Positions 10,934-21,442 of a stretch of DNA of 64,000 nt are shown here, piece after piece. Within the stretch, counting starts at the first letter, position 1. Each line of letters begins with the position of its first letter. The notes below the pieces were generated by a model. That model was not told the DNA's origin. It worked only from the letters and a program-made list of their open reading frames with translations, and ran no database searches. A program made the position numbers and the translations under genes. The stretch is from Cyanobacteria bacterium auto_48_18 (GTDB lineage Bacteria > Cyanobacteriota > Vampirovibrionia > Obscuribacterales > Obscuribacteraceae), in assembly GCA_036170915.1 (NCBI GenBank), contig JAVHQC010000016.1, positions 69,527-133,526 on the forward strand, given 5' to 3'.

Positions 10934-12210
10934 GCATGTTTAAGCACTTTCGCTGGCAAATAGCACTCTGGTTTTTGGGTCTGTCAACGGCAGTTTATTT
11001 CGCATTTGCCATCTTGGGAGGCTTGTATTTTTATGGCAGTCTTTCTAGTGCTATGGATGACGAATTAAAAGTTGTAGCCTCGCAGATTGGACATGCCATC
11101 CATTTAGATGGTGCAAAACCGTCATTTCGCGATTGGTTGAGGGTAGTTGAAACCGAGCCGGCACGCTCCATTATGAGCATGCAACTTTTTGATTCTTCTG
11201 GACAACTGTTGGAGCACTATGGTCCAGTGGGAATTCCAAAGTTGGTTACGGATAGGGTAGAGATTTCTGAAGGCGCACTAACTATGCGCATTCGCCATAC
11301 AAAACTGATTCATAAGGGCGTTTTAGTTGGTTTTTTGCAATTGCAGCTGCCGACAACCAAACGAAGTGAAGTGACCAGAGAGTTCCTGATGACTATGACA
11401 GTAATGGCACCTTTGATTTTAGTTGGATTCGGCCTTTGTGGTTATTTCGTGTCAGGCATTGCTGCTAGACCCATAGAAGGGCTTGTGGGAACTTTGCAGC
11501 GCTTTGTCGCTGATGCGAGCCATGAGCTAAATACACCGGCCAGCATCCTGCAAGCTCGAGCTCAATCACTGGAAAGAAAACTGTCCAAGCTTGGTCTATA
11601 CGAAGACGATCTTCGAATTATTGCCTCTTCCGCTGAACGAATGGGCTACATCGTCAAAAAGTTGATGATGTTAGCCGAATTAGACAGTCAAAATCAGGAT
11701 TCGGTTAAAACAAAAGTTGAGCTAAAGGAGCTTGTGGAAGCTGTGATCACCGAGTTTTCCGAACCGTTCGATGAGAAAAGTATCGTCCTTAGATTGGGTG
11801 TTGTAGACGAGGTCTCCTTTGTGGCGGCCAGAGAATCACTACATTGCATTCTGGCAAATCTCCTAGAGAATGCGCTCAAATATACAGAGCCGGGCGGTTG
11901 TGTGACTGTAAGTTGTGTTGTCAGCGGCGCGGAGGTTCGCCTTACGGTGCAGGATACGGGCATTGGAATACCGGCAGAATCTTTGCCGTACATTTTTGAT
12001 CGATTTTACAGAGTCGACAAATCCCGCAGTAGGTCGTCAGGCGGTTCTGGGCTTGGCCTGTCAATAGTTAAGACCATTGTTGATAGACTGCACGGTCGGG
12101 TATTGGTCGATAGCCGCCCCGGAGAAGGTAGCCAATTTCAAGTGGTATTCCCGATTAACAGAGCCGCTATTGCACGAAATTTGCACACAAATTCTGAGGC
12201 GATCCAATAA
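10930..12210 (+). CDS. Membrane sensor histidine kinase (two TM segments, no obvious HAMP)
   Basis: H-box ADASHELNTP, N-box NLLENALKY, DTGIGI, FDRFYRVD, GSGLGLSIV. Confidence 0.95.
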   Translation: MSMFKHFRWQIALWFLGLSTAVYFAFAILGGLYFYGSLSSAMDDELKVVASQIGHAIHLDGAKPSFRDWLRVVETEPARSIMSMQLFDSSGQLLEHYGPVGIPKLVTDRVEISEGALTMRIRHTKLIHKGVLVGFLQLQLPTTKRSEVTREFLMTMTVMAPLILVGFGLCGYFVSGIAARPIEGLVGTLQRFVADASHELNTPASILQARAQSLERKLSKLGLYEDDLRIIASSAERMGYIVKKLMMLAELDSQNQDSVKTKVELKELVEAVITEFSEPFDEKSIVLRLGVVDEVSFVAARESLHCILANLLENALKYTEPGGCVTVSCVVSGAEVRLTVQDTGIGIPAESLPYIFDRFYRVDKSRSRSSGGSGLGLSIVKTIVDRLHGRVLVDSRPGEGSQFQVVFPINRAAIARNLHTNSEAIQ

Positions 12211-12213
12211 TAT
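12170..12213 (+). promoter_or_regulatory. Putative regulator-activated promoter of the efflux operon, inside the 3' end of the kinase gene
   Basis: TTGCAC-N5-TTGCAC (12170-12186) followed 21 nt later by TAATAT (12208-12213). Confidence 0.55.
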
Positions 12214-12275
12214 TGTCTTTAATAATGTTGAAAGCGTCTAAAGATCATGTGCTCCACACCAGGCATGGAGAGAGA

Positions 12276-13766
12276 TTGAGTACGAAGTACTGCGAGCGGC
12301 TGAACATATTGTGCTGCTTATTCGCACTGGCCTACGCCACAGTCATGGCTCTACCGCAGAAAGGTGCTTGTGCAGAGCAGGAGACACCTTTAAAGTTGCG
12401 TCCGGCTATTCCGGTCAACGAGCGAGCACTCACACTGGTTGGTGCTGTGCAATTGGCCGAGACTTCTTTTCCCCGGATTCTGCAAGAACAAGCTGAAGTC
12501 CGGGCGGCTAAGCGCGCCGTAACCCTGCAAAAGGTTAGAGAATACAATCCGGTCTCAATGCTTTCCTATCAAACAGTTGCGGGCTCGCACAATCGCCTCA
12601 CTCAAACACTTTTCTCTACTTCTGTTCTTCCTGCTACCCCTGGGCCAGGTCCTGAGAGAGTGACGATGAAGGGTGATGCTTTTAGTGGCGCCGGCTTTAT
12701 TATCGATTGGGCCCCGATTGATTTTGGCCTGCACAAAGCCATGATTGGCAGGGCCAAAACTGAATATGATCTCTCCAATGCAAGCTACAAATTAACGGTG
12801 CTTGATGTAGCGGTTGAGGCTGCCGCTAGCTATCTTGATGCATTGGTAATGCACGAACAAGTGGCCGTTGCCGAAGCGAACGTTCAGCGGTTTGCTGAAT
12901 TTAGCAATGTTGTACATGCTCAGGTGTCAGCAGGTCTACAGCCTGGAGCTGATGCTTCCTTGGCGGATGCCCAATTAGCTAATGCAAAAAACGATTTGAT
13001 TCGAGCCCGTTTAAATGATGAATTAGCTCGAGCGGCTCTGGCATTTGCTGTAGGACGCAGCGGCCAGATGGTTGACATCGAACCTGGTGGAATTGTTAGC
13101 GTCACTGAGCCCGTCGCAACTCAGAAGTCAGCACCAGTATTTGCAAATCATCCACTGGCCCTGCAAGGTCAGGCCGTCATCTCCACCCGGCTTGCCAGTA
13201 AGAAAGTTTTGGATAAAGAATACTATCCGAGATTACGCTGGCTTGGTGGTGTTAACCTCAGGGGCACCACTTTCAATACCAATCGTGGCGATGTTCCTGC
13301 CCCGGATGTGAGCGGTATTTTTCCTGTGGTTCCAAACTGGAATGTGGGTTTGATGATTGATTTCCCCTTCTTTGACATCATTCGCATTAAGGCCGAAAAG
13401 AAGGTGGTGCTTGAGCGCATAACGGCCGCCCAACACGGTTATGAACTCGCTATTCAGCGACTGAAGAAGGATGATGTGCAGGCAAGGGCCATGTTCAATG
13501 CTGCTGTGGCGCTGGCAGCCAATATGCCTGTTCAAGTGGAGGCAGCCAACTTAGCTGCCAGACAAGCACAAGCACGCTATGAGGCTGGCTTGGCAACAGT
13601 TGCTCAAGTGGCGGAGGCCAATCAAATTTTGGCTGACTCGAGAGTGAAAGAAGCGGTGGCCAATGTGGGTGTTTGGAAGTCGCTGCTTGCAGTAGCTAAC
13701 GTCCACGGAGATCTACACCCTTTTCTTAAGGCAGCAGACAGCGCTACGCGGAGAGAAAATAAGTAG
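12276..13766 (+). CDS. TolC-family outer membrane efflux protein
   Basis: Signal-like N-terminus, OEP helical repeats (ARYEAGLATVAQV), first gene of an RND operon. TTG 12276 chosen for its GGAG SD; ORF track start is 12213. Confidence 0.85.
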   Translation: MSTKYCERLNILCCLFALAYATVMALPQKGACAEQETPLKLRPAIPVNERALTLVGAVQLAETSFPRILQEQAEVRAAKRAVTLQKVREYNPVSMLSYQTVAGSHNRLTQTLFSTSVLPATPGPGPERVTMKGDAFSGAGFIIDWAPIDFGLHKAMIGRAKTEYDLSNASYKLTVLDVAVEAAASYLDALVMHEQVAVAEANVQRFAEFSNVVHAQVSAGLQPGADASLADAQLANAKNDLIRARLNDELARAALAFAVGRSGQMVDIEPGGIVSVTEPVATQKSAPVFANHPLALQGQAVISTRLASKKVLDKEYYPRLRWLGGVNLRGTTFNTNRGDVPAPDVSGIFPVVPNWNVGLMIDFPFFDIIRIKAEKKVVLERITAAQHGYELAIQRLKKDDVQARAMFNAAVALAANMPVQVEAANLAARQAQARYEAGLATVAQVAEANQILADSRVKEAVANVGVWKSLLAVANVHGDLHPFLKAADSATRRENK

Positions 13767-16700
13767 ATGTGGCTAATTCAGTCAGCGATGGGTCGGCCGG
13801 TCACGATTGTGGTCATGATCGTTACTCTGGTCTTGTCTGCATTTCTTGCTGCCACCAGCATGAAAGTAGACATTTTCCCCAACATGAATTTGCCGGTGGT
13901 ATACGTCATACAGCCTTACGGTGGTATGGACCCTGCCCAATTAGAAGCGTTCGTTGTGGCGCACTATGAGAATCACTTTCTCTATATTTCTGGCGTTGAT
14001 CACATCGAATCGAAATCTATTCAAAACGTAGCTGTTTTGAAAGTAGTTTTTAAGCCAGATACAGATATGGCTGCAGCCTTGGCCAACGTGGTTGCGCAAG
14101 TAGAGCGTTCGCGCTCCAAAATGCCACCAGGGACAGTGACACCTTTTATTCTTCGTTTCGACGCCGGCAATGTGCCTGTCGGGTATGTCGTTCTGTCAAG
14201 TAAGACTGAATCAGTGGCAAAAATAGCCGCCCTGGGCGACGAGCGCGTTCGCCCAATTATTTCAACTATTCCGGGTGCCACTACAACTCACCCTTTTGGC
14301 GGAAACGTCCGCACTATTGTGTTGACTGTTAGTCCAGAGCGAATGCGGGCCCTTCATCTGAGTTCTGACGATGTTGTCAACGCAGTCACTAACGGCAATT
14401 TGATCACACCTTCCGGGCTTGTGCGCACAGGCAAAATGCAGCGGATAGCAAATTTAAATTCTACTGTTCTAGACATCCATGAACTGGAGAAAATTCCAAT
14501 AAAGCTGGGCGCTGGAGCCACTATCTTCGTTGGTGATGTCGCGACAGTTAGAGATGACATGGACATACCTACCGGCTGGGCTCTGGTAAATGGCCGACGC
14601 ACTGTTTTTCTCACAATTTCCAAGTTGTCAGATGCCTCAACCGTTGAAGTTGTTCAGTCTGTGAAGGCTGCTTTGCCGAGCATGCGAGCGGTTGTACCTG
14701 ATGACATTGAAATTTCATTCGATTTCGATCAATCAATCTACGTTACCGAGGCAGTAACCGGTCTGATCTATGAAAGTTCGATTGGCGCCCTGCTCACAGG
14801 GCTAATGGTGTTGCTGTTTTTGCGTGATTTGCGCAGTGCGATTATTGTTGTAGTCACTATTCCAATAGCACTTGCAGCTGCAATTATCGGCTTAAGTTGT
14901 TTGGGGCAAACAATAAATATCATGACCCTTGGGGGGCTTTCCCTGGCTGTTGGTGTACTTGTTGACGAAGCCACGGTGGCAATTGAAAACATCCACACTC
15001 ATTTGGATCGAGGCACGCCCCTGTACGCGGGTATTGCTGAAGCCTGTCGCGAGGTAATCACACCGCAGCTATTGGCCGTCATGTCTGTTATTTCGGTTTT
15101 TCTGCCGTCCTTTTTTATGCAAGGCACAACAAAAGCCTTGTTCGTTCCACTGTCTCTGGCCGTCGGCATGGCTATGATTGCTTCGTATGTCCTGTCAAAC
15201 ACTCTAGTGCCTGTTCTATGTGGTTGGATGCTCAAGAGTCACAATAAATCTGAGCATCACGGCAAGAACAAAAACATCGGCTTTCTGGCAAAACTTCGTC
15301 GGGCTTACGCAAGCACTTTAACGCGAATATTCAGGTTCAGATGGCCAGTTTTAATTTCGTACACTCTGGCATCAATCGCACTGCTATATTTCATTGTCCC
15401 TACTCTGAAAACAGAGATTTTTCCTATGGGAAATCCATCGAGTTTTCAGTTGAGACTAACGGCTCCACCAGGCACACGCATTGAGGTTACCGAGCAATAC
15501 ACGCAAAAAGCTCTTCAGATAATCACTGATCAAGTTGGAGAAAAGAACCTCGACATAAGCATCTCGTATGTTGGCACTCAGCCCCCGAACTTTGCTGTGA
15601 GTAACGTCTACATTTGGACCAGTGGCCCCCAGGAGGCAATCGTTTTAGTCTCCCTTAAGCACGGCGCCAATATTCGCATCAATACCCTGAAGGAGAAGCT
15701 CCGAGAAGAGTTGCATAAAGCCCTTCCTGATGTGGCCATATCATTTGAGGCTGGTGACATAGTCAACAAGATTATGAATTTGGGTGCGCCAACACCAATA
15801 CAGATTGATATTACTGGTTCAAATTTACAAACCAATTCACTTTACGCTCAAAAAATCATTGCTGAAATAAATAAGATTCCTGCTATTCGTGATGCTGTAG
15901 TGGTGCAGCCCCTGGCCTATCCGACAATCGATGTTTCGGTTGACCGCGTGCGCGCCGGGCAACTTGGTATAACCGCTGCTGACGTCAGTAAAGCGCTTGT
16001 GCCTGCTGTTTACTCCAGCCGATTTGTAAAACAAATATGGTGGCGTGACCCTCATCATGGCCACTCATATCAAATTCAAGTGCAGTATCCTGCTGCAAAT
16101 ATCAGTTCACTTAAGGATGTGGAAGCCATTTCGTTAAAGTCAGGCGTTGCATCAGGCCCTTCTATTGCTGATGTCGCCCAAGTAAATTATGGCACTATGG
16201 TTGGTGAGTATGATCGCTACAATTTGCGTCGAATAATCAGTATTACAGCCAATATTGCCAACGATGATTTGGGAAGCGCCGCAAGAGAAGTGCAGAGTGC
16301 CATTCAGCGTGTTGGTAAGCCACCACGAGGCATGAATGTTGATATCCGTGGACAGGTTCCCATTCTTCACAAGACATTCGCAGGCCTGAGTAACGGCCTA
16401 GTATTGGCTGTAGTGGCAATTCTCCTCATGCTTGTTGGATATTTCCAGCGCATGAGATTAGCCATGGTGGTAGTGTCAGTAATACCAGCCATTCTGGTTG
16501 GTGTTGTGATTAGCATTAAGCTGACTGACGTAACCCTCAATGTGCAGTCATTTATGGGAGCGATCATGGCAGTGGGCATTGGCATCGCCAACGCTATCTT
16601 GATCGTTGCATTTTCAGAAACAAGGAGAATGGCCGGTGTGAGCTCGGGACCGGCTGCCATTCGTGGTGCAGCCAGTCGACTGCGACCGGTTCTAATGACC

Positions 16701-16931
16701 AGTATTGCCATGATTGTTGGCATGATTCCAATGGCTTTCGGTATGGCTGAAGGGGGAGAACGAACGGCCCCTCTGGGAATTGCCGTTATTGGTGGCCTTT
16801 TATTCTCGCTGGCGGCTGTACTTTTTGTCTTGCCGTTGATATTCGCAGTGGTCCAGAAAGGAGCTTCGGTGGTTGTGCCGAGTATGCTGATTGACAAAGT
16901 TCAACAAAATGAAGAAGGAACACCAGGATGA
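13767..16931 (+). CDS. RND efflux permease (AcrB/CusA family)
   Basis: 1054 aa; INIMTLGGL..VGVLVDEATVAIENI, SRLRPVLMTS, PLGIAVIGGL. Confidence 0.95.
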   Translation: MWLIQSAMGRPVTIVVMIVTLVLSAFLAATSMKVDIFPNMNLPVVYVIQPYGGMDPAQLEAFVVAHYENHFLYISGVDHIESKSIQNVAVLKVVFKPDTDMAAALANVVAQVERSRSKMPPGTVTPFILRFDAGNVPVGYVVLSSKTESVAKIAALGDERVRPIISTIPGATTTHPFGGNVRTIVLTVSPERMRALHLSSDDVVNAVTNGNLITPSGLVRTGKMQRIANLNSTVLDIHELEKIPIKLGAGATIFVGDVATVRDDMDIPTGWALVNGRRTVFLTISKLSDASTVEVVQSVKAALPSMRAVVPDDIEISFDFDQSIYVTEAVTGLIYESSIGALLTGLMVLLFLRDLRSAIIVVVTIPIALAAAIIGLSCLGQTINIMTLGGLSLAVGVLVDEATVAIENIHTHLDRGTPLYAGIAEACREVITPQLLAVMSVISVFLPSFFMQGTTKALFVPLSLAVGMAMIASYVLSNTLVPVLCGWMLKSHNKSEHHGKNKNIGFLAKLRRAYASTLTRIFRFRWPVLISYTLASIALLYFIVPTLKTEIFPMGNPSSFQLRLTAPPGTRIEVTEQYTQKALQIITDQVGEKNLDISISYVGTQPPNFAVSNVYIWTSGPQEAIVLVSLKHGANIRINTLKEKLREELHKALPDVAISFEAGDIVNKIMNLGAPTPIQIDITGSNLQTNSLYAQKIIAEINKIPAIRDAVVVQPLAYPTIDVSVDRVRAGQLGITAADVSKALVPAVYSSRFVKQIWWRDPHHGHSYQIQVQYPAANISSLKDVEAISLKSGVASGPSIADVAQVNYGTMVGEYDRYNLRRIISITANIANDDLGSAAREVQSAIQRVGKPPRGMNVDIRGQVPILHKTFAGLSNGLVLAVVAILLMLVGYFQRMRLAMVVVSVIPAILVGVVISIKLTDVTLNVQSFMGAIMAVGIGIANAILIVAFSETRRMAGVSSGPAAIRGAASRLRPVLMTSIAMIVGMIPMAFGMAEGGERTAPLGIAVIGGLLFSLAAVLFVLPLIFAVVQKGASVVVPSMLIDKVQQNEEGTPG

Positions 16932-18214
16932 CTGATCGTTTTGTGAAAAGGTTTGCAGCTTTGGGATTGGTTGTCTTCGCCTTGGCCGGATGCGCTCATA
17001 AGGAGGAAAGCACAAACTCGCCAACGGAGAATAGTTCAAAGGAAAAAGAGCTTGTGCAAACAGAGACAATTTTAGTGACAAGCCATTTGCTTAAGCGCAG
17101 TGTTCGTATTCCATCTGAATTAGCTGCCTTCAGAGACGTGGAAATTTATCCCAAGGTGCAGGGATTTGTGAAAACCATGAATGTCGACCGTGGGGCGGTG
17201 GTAAAAAAAGGTCAAGTTTTAGTTGAGATTATCGCACCCGAATTAAATGCCAATTATCGAGAAGCAGAGGCAAAATATGAAGCAGTGCAAGAGTCATTGT
17301 TCGAAACTCAATCCAAAATTGCCAGCTTGGTAGCCCAGAAAGAAGAAGCTCAGGCAAAGCTTGCTGCTGATGAAGCAAACTATAAGCGAATTCAAATCGC
17401 TGCAAAGACAGCTGGAGCAATTGCTCCAGTTGATTTAGATTTGGCCGAGCAAAAAGTGCGCGGGGATGAAGCGAAAGTGCGTGCGGCGGCACAGATGGTG
17501 ATTGCTACTCAGTCAGCTTTGGCCTCGGAGAAGAACAGAGTCAAAGGAGTAGAACAAGCACTGCGTTCAATTCGAGAAATGAAAGGATATTTGACGGTCA
17601 GAGCGCCTTTTGATGGTGTAATTAGCGAGCGGAACGTCCATGAGGGCAGTCTTGTCAGCTCTTCATCTTCAAATCCGCCGATGCTGAAAATCGAGCAAAT
17701 TTCGCCGTTGCGTCTTCTTGTTCCTGTGCCGGAAAATGCTATTGCTGGTGTTAAGAACGGCTCGGAGATGAAATTTACGGTGGCAGCGTTTGTCGGCAAA
17801 CAATTCGCAGCCAAGATCTCACGGGTGAGTCATGAACTTGATCGCAAGACCAGAACTATGATGGTTGAGCTTGATGTGCCAAATACTAGTAAAGAGCTTG
17901 AGCCTGGTATGTATGCGGACGTACTATGGCAAATGGAGCGACCTTATCAAACACTGTTTGTGCCTGCTTCAGCCATCCTTAGCAAAGAGGACAAAACTTA
18001 CCTTGAGTTTATTAAAGATCAGCGGGCCAAACTGATTCAGGTAGCCCGAGGACAGACCATGGGGAAACTTGTTGAGGTGGTCGGCGATATAAAGGCTGGA
18101 GACGAAGTCGCTTTGCACCCGCACGAAGAAGTAAGTGACCATCTGGTGCACAACAAGTTATTGACCAAGAGTGAAGTGGAAAAGCTACTCAGTGAGAGCG
18201 GTAAGCAGCATTGA
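16928..18214 (+). CDS. RND periplasmic adaptor (membrane fusion lipoprotein)
   Basis: Lipobox LAGC, VRAPFDGVISERNV, LEPGMYA. Confidence 0.93.
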   Translation: MTDRFVKRFAALGLVVFALAGCAHKEESTNSPTENSSKEKELVQTETILVTSHLLKRSVRIPSELAAFRDVEIYPKVQGFVKTMNVDRGAVVKKGQVLVEIIAPELNANYREAEAKYEAVQESLFETQSKIASLVAQKEEAQAKLAADEANYKRIQIAAKTAGAIAPVDLDLAEQKVRGDEAKVRAAAQMVIATQSALASEKNRVKGVEQALRSIREMKGYLTVRAPFDGVISERNVHEGSLVSSSSSNPPMLKIEQISPLRLLVPVPENAIAGVKNGSEMKFTVAAFVGKQFAAKISRVSHELDRKTRTMMVELDVPNTSKELEPGMYADVLWQMERPYQTLFVPASAILSKEDKTYLEFIKDQRAKLIQVARGQTMGKLVEVVGDIKAGDEVALHPHEEVSDHLVHNKLLTKSEVEKLLSESGKQH

Positions 18215-18300
18215 CGAGATCTGGTTGCGCCCTGGCTTAGGGTAACAATAAACAAGACTTTAGAATTAAGAATGCCAAAGGTTTGAGGGCTCGGCGTATA

Positions 18301-18756
18301 TCAGTGGCGATGAGTCTTGTGGTGATTTCTGTAGTCAGCGGCCAAAATCTGATTAGCATTGAACCGTTTGCGAATGCGGCTGGCCAGAAAGTAAGTACCA
18401 ACCTTGCGTGACGGGTTACAACGTTGGTCCAACAGTAAATGTGTCAGAAGTGACAAAGTAATGCCCACCCGGTAGGGTTGGCGAGATTTACCTCTAAAAA
18501 AAAGAAAGAAAAGGGCTATAAGTTCGTATGAATGGAGCGGTAAATAAATCTTTCCGCTGTAATTTTCGTGTGAGGCTTCTTTCACCTTCGACCAGTTCAT
18601 AGTCCAGCCATGAGCCCTGACATAGTCAAATATGTGGTCCAAGTCAATTAGAAAACCTACTAAAAAGCTTGCCCATGCTGCCTTCGGCGACCTGTAAACA
18701 TAGTAACTGGCGTAACTTACGCCTGCCGAAGTGATGATGTGACCAACTGTTCTCAT
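18301..18756 (-). CDS. Membrane-bound metal-dependent hydrolase-like protein (YdjM-like)
   Basis: His/Asp motifs GH, IDLDH, LHS, THLLLD in a hydrophobic protein. Confidence 0.6.
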   Translation of the reverse strand: MRTVGHIITSAGVSYASYYVYRSPKAAWASFLVGFLIDLDHIFDYVRAHGWTMNWSKVKEASHENYSGKIYLPLHSYELIALFFLFFRGKSRQPYRVGITLSLLTHLLLDQRCNPSRKVGTYFLASRIRKRFNANQILAADYRNHHKTHRH

Positions 18757-18912
18757 AGTTTCATGATTCCCTATTTTGCCAGAATCCTTGATAAAATCGG
18801 TGCTGCACTCTTTTTGCCGTTGCCCCGGAATTCGTGCTCAGACCGGAGATGGTCTTGAAGTTATACCCGGTGGGCAATTTCGGCAAACAAACACCTTCGG
18901 AGTTTTCAACAA

Positions 18913-20133
18913 ATGCAATCTGTGGCTGGGCCTCTAGGCCGTAAAACGAAGCTATTTTCTGTTAGCGTAGCGCTCGCCTCTAGTCTCCTCTACGCCACTG
19001 CTTTTGATGACTCTACTGCAAGGGCTGATGTTCCAGTTATTCCAGCCTCAACAGCCACCCAGGCCGTTGGTATGTACAATCTTGGTCTAGCTGCTTACAA
19101 ACAAGGCAGCCTCGAATCAGCCATTATTTTCTTCCGCCGGGCCACTGATATGGACCCTAATCTGGCTGATGCCCAGTACAATCTCGGTGTGCTTTATCAG
19201 AGCCAACGTCGCTTGAAAGAAGCAATACCGCGCTTTCAGGAAGTTTTGCGCGTTAAGTCAGCCGACCCTGATGCTCATTTTCAGTTAGGCATTGCTTTGA
19301 TGGACATGGGCCGCGCTGCCGAAGCTAAGGGGCATTTCAGCGCCATTGCTCCGACCTCGCCGCACTTTGCAGACGCTCAAAAACGCATTCAAACTTGTGA
19401 CGCTCAACTGGCCGGCGCTACTGTGGCTACACCGAGCTATAACCCTGCGCCATCTAATTCAAATTCTGTCGCTCCGGCCAACAATGCTTTTAACAGCACC
19501 GCTAATAGTGCCATGAACCTAAATGCTGGTGGCGATACTACGGCTGTGATTAATCGCAGCGAATATGTAGATCCTGGCAACACTATCAGCCATGTGGTTC
19601 AGCCTGCGCCGTCTCAAGTACAGCAGACTCAACAGCCTCAACAGATTCAACAAGTTCAACAGGCTGCACAACAGCCTAAACCGATTACGCGCCCCCTTAG
19701 CCCGCCTAAAGCCGGCACACCAACTGCGGTGCTCGCCAATTCATCGGCTCGCATCATTGCCACTGGTTTTTCCGCTCCCAGCGGCCTGACATTTGATCGG
19801 CTTGGTAATCTATACGTAGCAAACTACACAAGCAACACAGTCGACCGCATTTCTGCTGATGGCACACGTATGCAATTCAGTTCAGGCTCTAACTTGAAGG
19901 GTCCTATTGGGCTGGCTGCTGATGACGGCGGTAACATTTATGTGGCCAATTATGATGGTGGCACTGTCGCGCGCATCAGTCCTGCTGGAGTTTCTACAAT
20001 CATTGGTACCGGCTTCAGACAGCCTTATTACCTCACTCTTGATAGAGAAGGCAATTTGTTCGTCAGCCAGCAGATTGATAATTCCATCGTTCGCTTGACC
20101 TTGCCTCGCCCGGTTGTTTCGCGGAATCAATAA
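18913..20133 (+). CDS. Exported TPR plus NHL/beta-propeller repeat protein
   Basis: Signal-like N-terminus, TPRs (AQYNLGVLY, AHFQLGIAL), Q/P-rich linker, repeats PSGLTFDRLGNLYVAN / PIGLAADDGGNIYVAN / PYYLTLDREGNLFVS. Confidence 0.85.
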   Translation: MQSVAGPLGRKTKLFSVSVALASSLLYATAFDDSTARADVPVIPASTATQAVGMYNLGLAAYKQGSLESAIIFFRRATDMDPNLADAQYNLGVLYQSQRRLKEAIPRFQEVLRVKSADPDAHFQLGIALMDMGRAAEAKGHFSAIAPTSPHFADAQKRIQTCDAQLAGATVATPSYNPAPSNSNSVAPANNAFNSTANSAMNLNAGGDTTAVINRSEYVDPGNTISHVVQPAPSQVQQTQQPQQIQQVQQAAQQPKPITRPLSPPKAGTPTAVLANSSARIIATGFSAPSGLTFDRLGNLYVANYTSNTVDRISADGTRMQFSSGSNLKGPIGLAADDGGNIYVANYDGGTVARISPAGVSTIIGTGFRQPYYLTLDREGNLFVSQQIDNSIVRLTLPRPVVSRNQ

Positions 20134-20134
20134 G

Positions 20135-20827
20135 TTGACAGACCCTGAATTAAAAAGCGCTGAAGAGGCGGCAAAGCCCAAAAAAATTGTGGCGGCACCA
20201 CTTGACCCTGCGCGCTTTGATCAAAAGCGCATTGGCGTACAGATGATGGTCGGCAACAAGTTTGTCATGCCATACCATTTCATTATGACTCGACTGAAAG
20301 TAGAGGGTCGCGAGAATATTCCCAAAGAGGGGTCACTGATTGTGGTGGCAAATCACATTTCTACCTTAGACCCGCCATTGTTTGCTTACGTTACTCAAAG
20401 GCACATGCTTTACATGGCCAAAAGCGAATTGTGGAACAACTGGTTCATGGGCAAGCTACTCGATTGGTTAGGTGCGCTGCCAATTAATCGCGACAAGCCC
20501 CAGCTCTCAACGGTCAAATTTATGCGCCAGATCATGAAGACTGGTTGGTCATTAGGAATGTTCATTGAAGGCACTCGCTGCAAGGTGCCAAATTCAATTG
20601 GTCGCCCTCATGTGGGCGCTGCTTATTTTGCCAAAGTGACTAACAGCCCAATTTTGCCCATTGGTATTACAGGCACCGACAAACCATTTGGACCAGCTCG
20701 AGTCAAAATTGGCAAAATCATTCAACCAGGCGATGACTTAGAAGCTAAAACCTGGGAAATCATGGACACATTGGCAGAGCTCACCGGTTTTCAGATTCTC
20801 GAACGCAAGATGGCTGACAAACACTAG
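20135..20827 (+). CDS. plsC: 1-acyl-sn-glycerol-3-phosphate acyltransferase
   Basis: NHISTLD (HX4D) and FIEGTR motifs; start uncertain (20114 or 20135). Confidence 0.85.
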   Translation: MTDPELKSAEEAAKPKKIVAAPLDPARFDQKRIGVQMMVGNKFVMPYHFIMTRLKVEGRENIPKEGSLIVVANHISTLDPPLFAYVTQRHMLYMAKSELWNNWFMGKLLDWLGALPINRDKPQLSTVKFMRQIMKTGWSLGMFIEGTRCKVPNSIGRPHVGAAYFAKVTNSPILPIGITGTDKPFGPARVKIGKIIQPGDDLEAKTWEIMDTLAELTGFQILERKMADKH

Positions 20828-20838
20828 CTCCAGCTCTA

Positions 20839-21375
20839 TTATTTGGTTTTTTCTTCGCCCTGCCAAAGCGGGCCGGCTTTAAATTTCTCTACAGTGTCAA
20901 AACCGCTGTGCCAGAGGTCTTCCAGCACGTAAGACTGCGCGTAACCGGCGTTAACTATCTGCGGCAAGCTGGCAAAGTTAAGTGAAATACGACGGCTAGG
21001 GAAAAGATTATTGGTGCAGTAAACTACCACCGTAGCTTTTTTGTCAGGCACGAATTTTTCCAGGCGAGCCTGGCTGATGTCGGGGCCAAAATTGATGGCG
21101 CCCTTGATGTGGCCTTGATTGTACTCATGCTCGCTGCGCAAATCTAAAATTACCAGCTGGGGTTTTCCGTGTAGCTTTTCCAATTGCGAAAGAGGCATGG
21201 TGTGTTCTTTGATATTGATATTGTTGACCGCAGATTTGTATTCGTTGAAAGTTAGAGGGTTAACCTCAGGTTTTTCGAGTTGACCTGGCTTTGCTTCGGC
21301 CGAGCAGGCAGTAGCTGTGCACAAGGCCAGAAACATTGCTGCGACTTTAACTTGGGTTAGCGGAACTTGCTTCAT
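20839..21375 (-). CDS. Exported rhodanese-domain protein
   Basis: ILDLRSEHEYNQGHIKGAIN and VVVYCTNN active-site loop; signal-like N-terminus. Confidence 0.8.
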   Translation of the reverse strand: MKQVPLTQVKVAAMFLALCTATACSAEAKPGQLEKPEVNPLTFNEYKSAVNNINIKEHTMPLSQLEKLHGKPQLVILDLRSEHEYNQGHIKGAINFGPDISQARLEKFVPDKKATVVVYCTNNLFPSRRISLNFASLPQIVNAGYAQSYVLEDLWHSGFDTVEKFKAGPLWQGEEKTK

Positions 21376-21442
21376 GCTCTAGACCTTCATAATTAATCTG
21401 AGGGGGCCTGACAAATGGGTGCTTCAGGTTGATGATAGTAGT

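Noticed and set aside
13764..13769. TAG readthrough fusing TolC to the RND permease (same frame, zero gap)
   Set aside because: ATG follows immediately and the two proteins belong in different membranes; this is ordinary translational coupling
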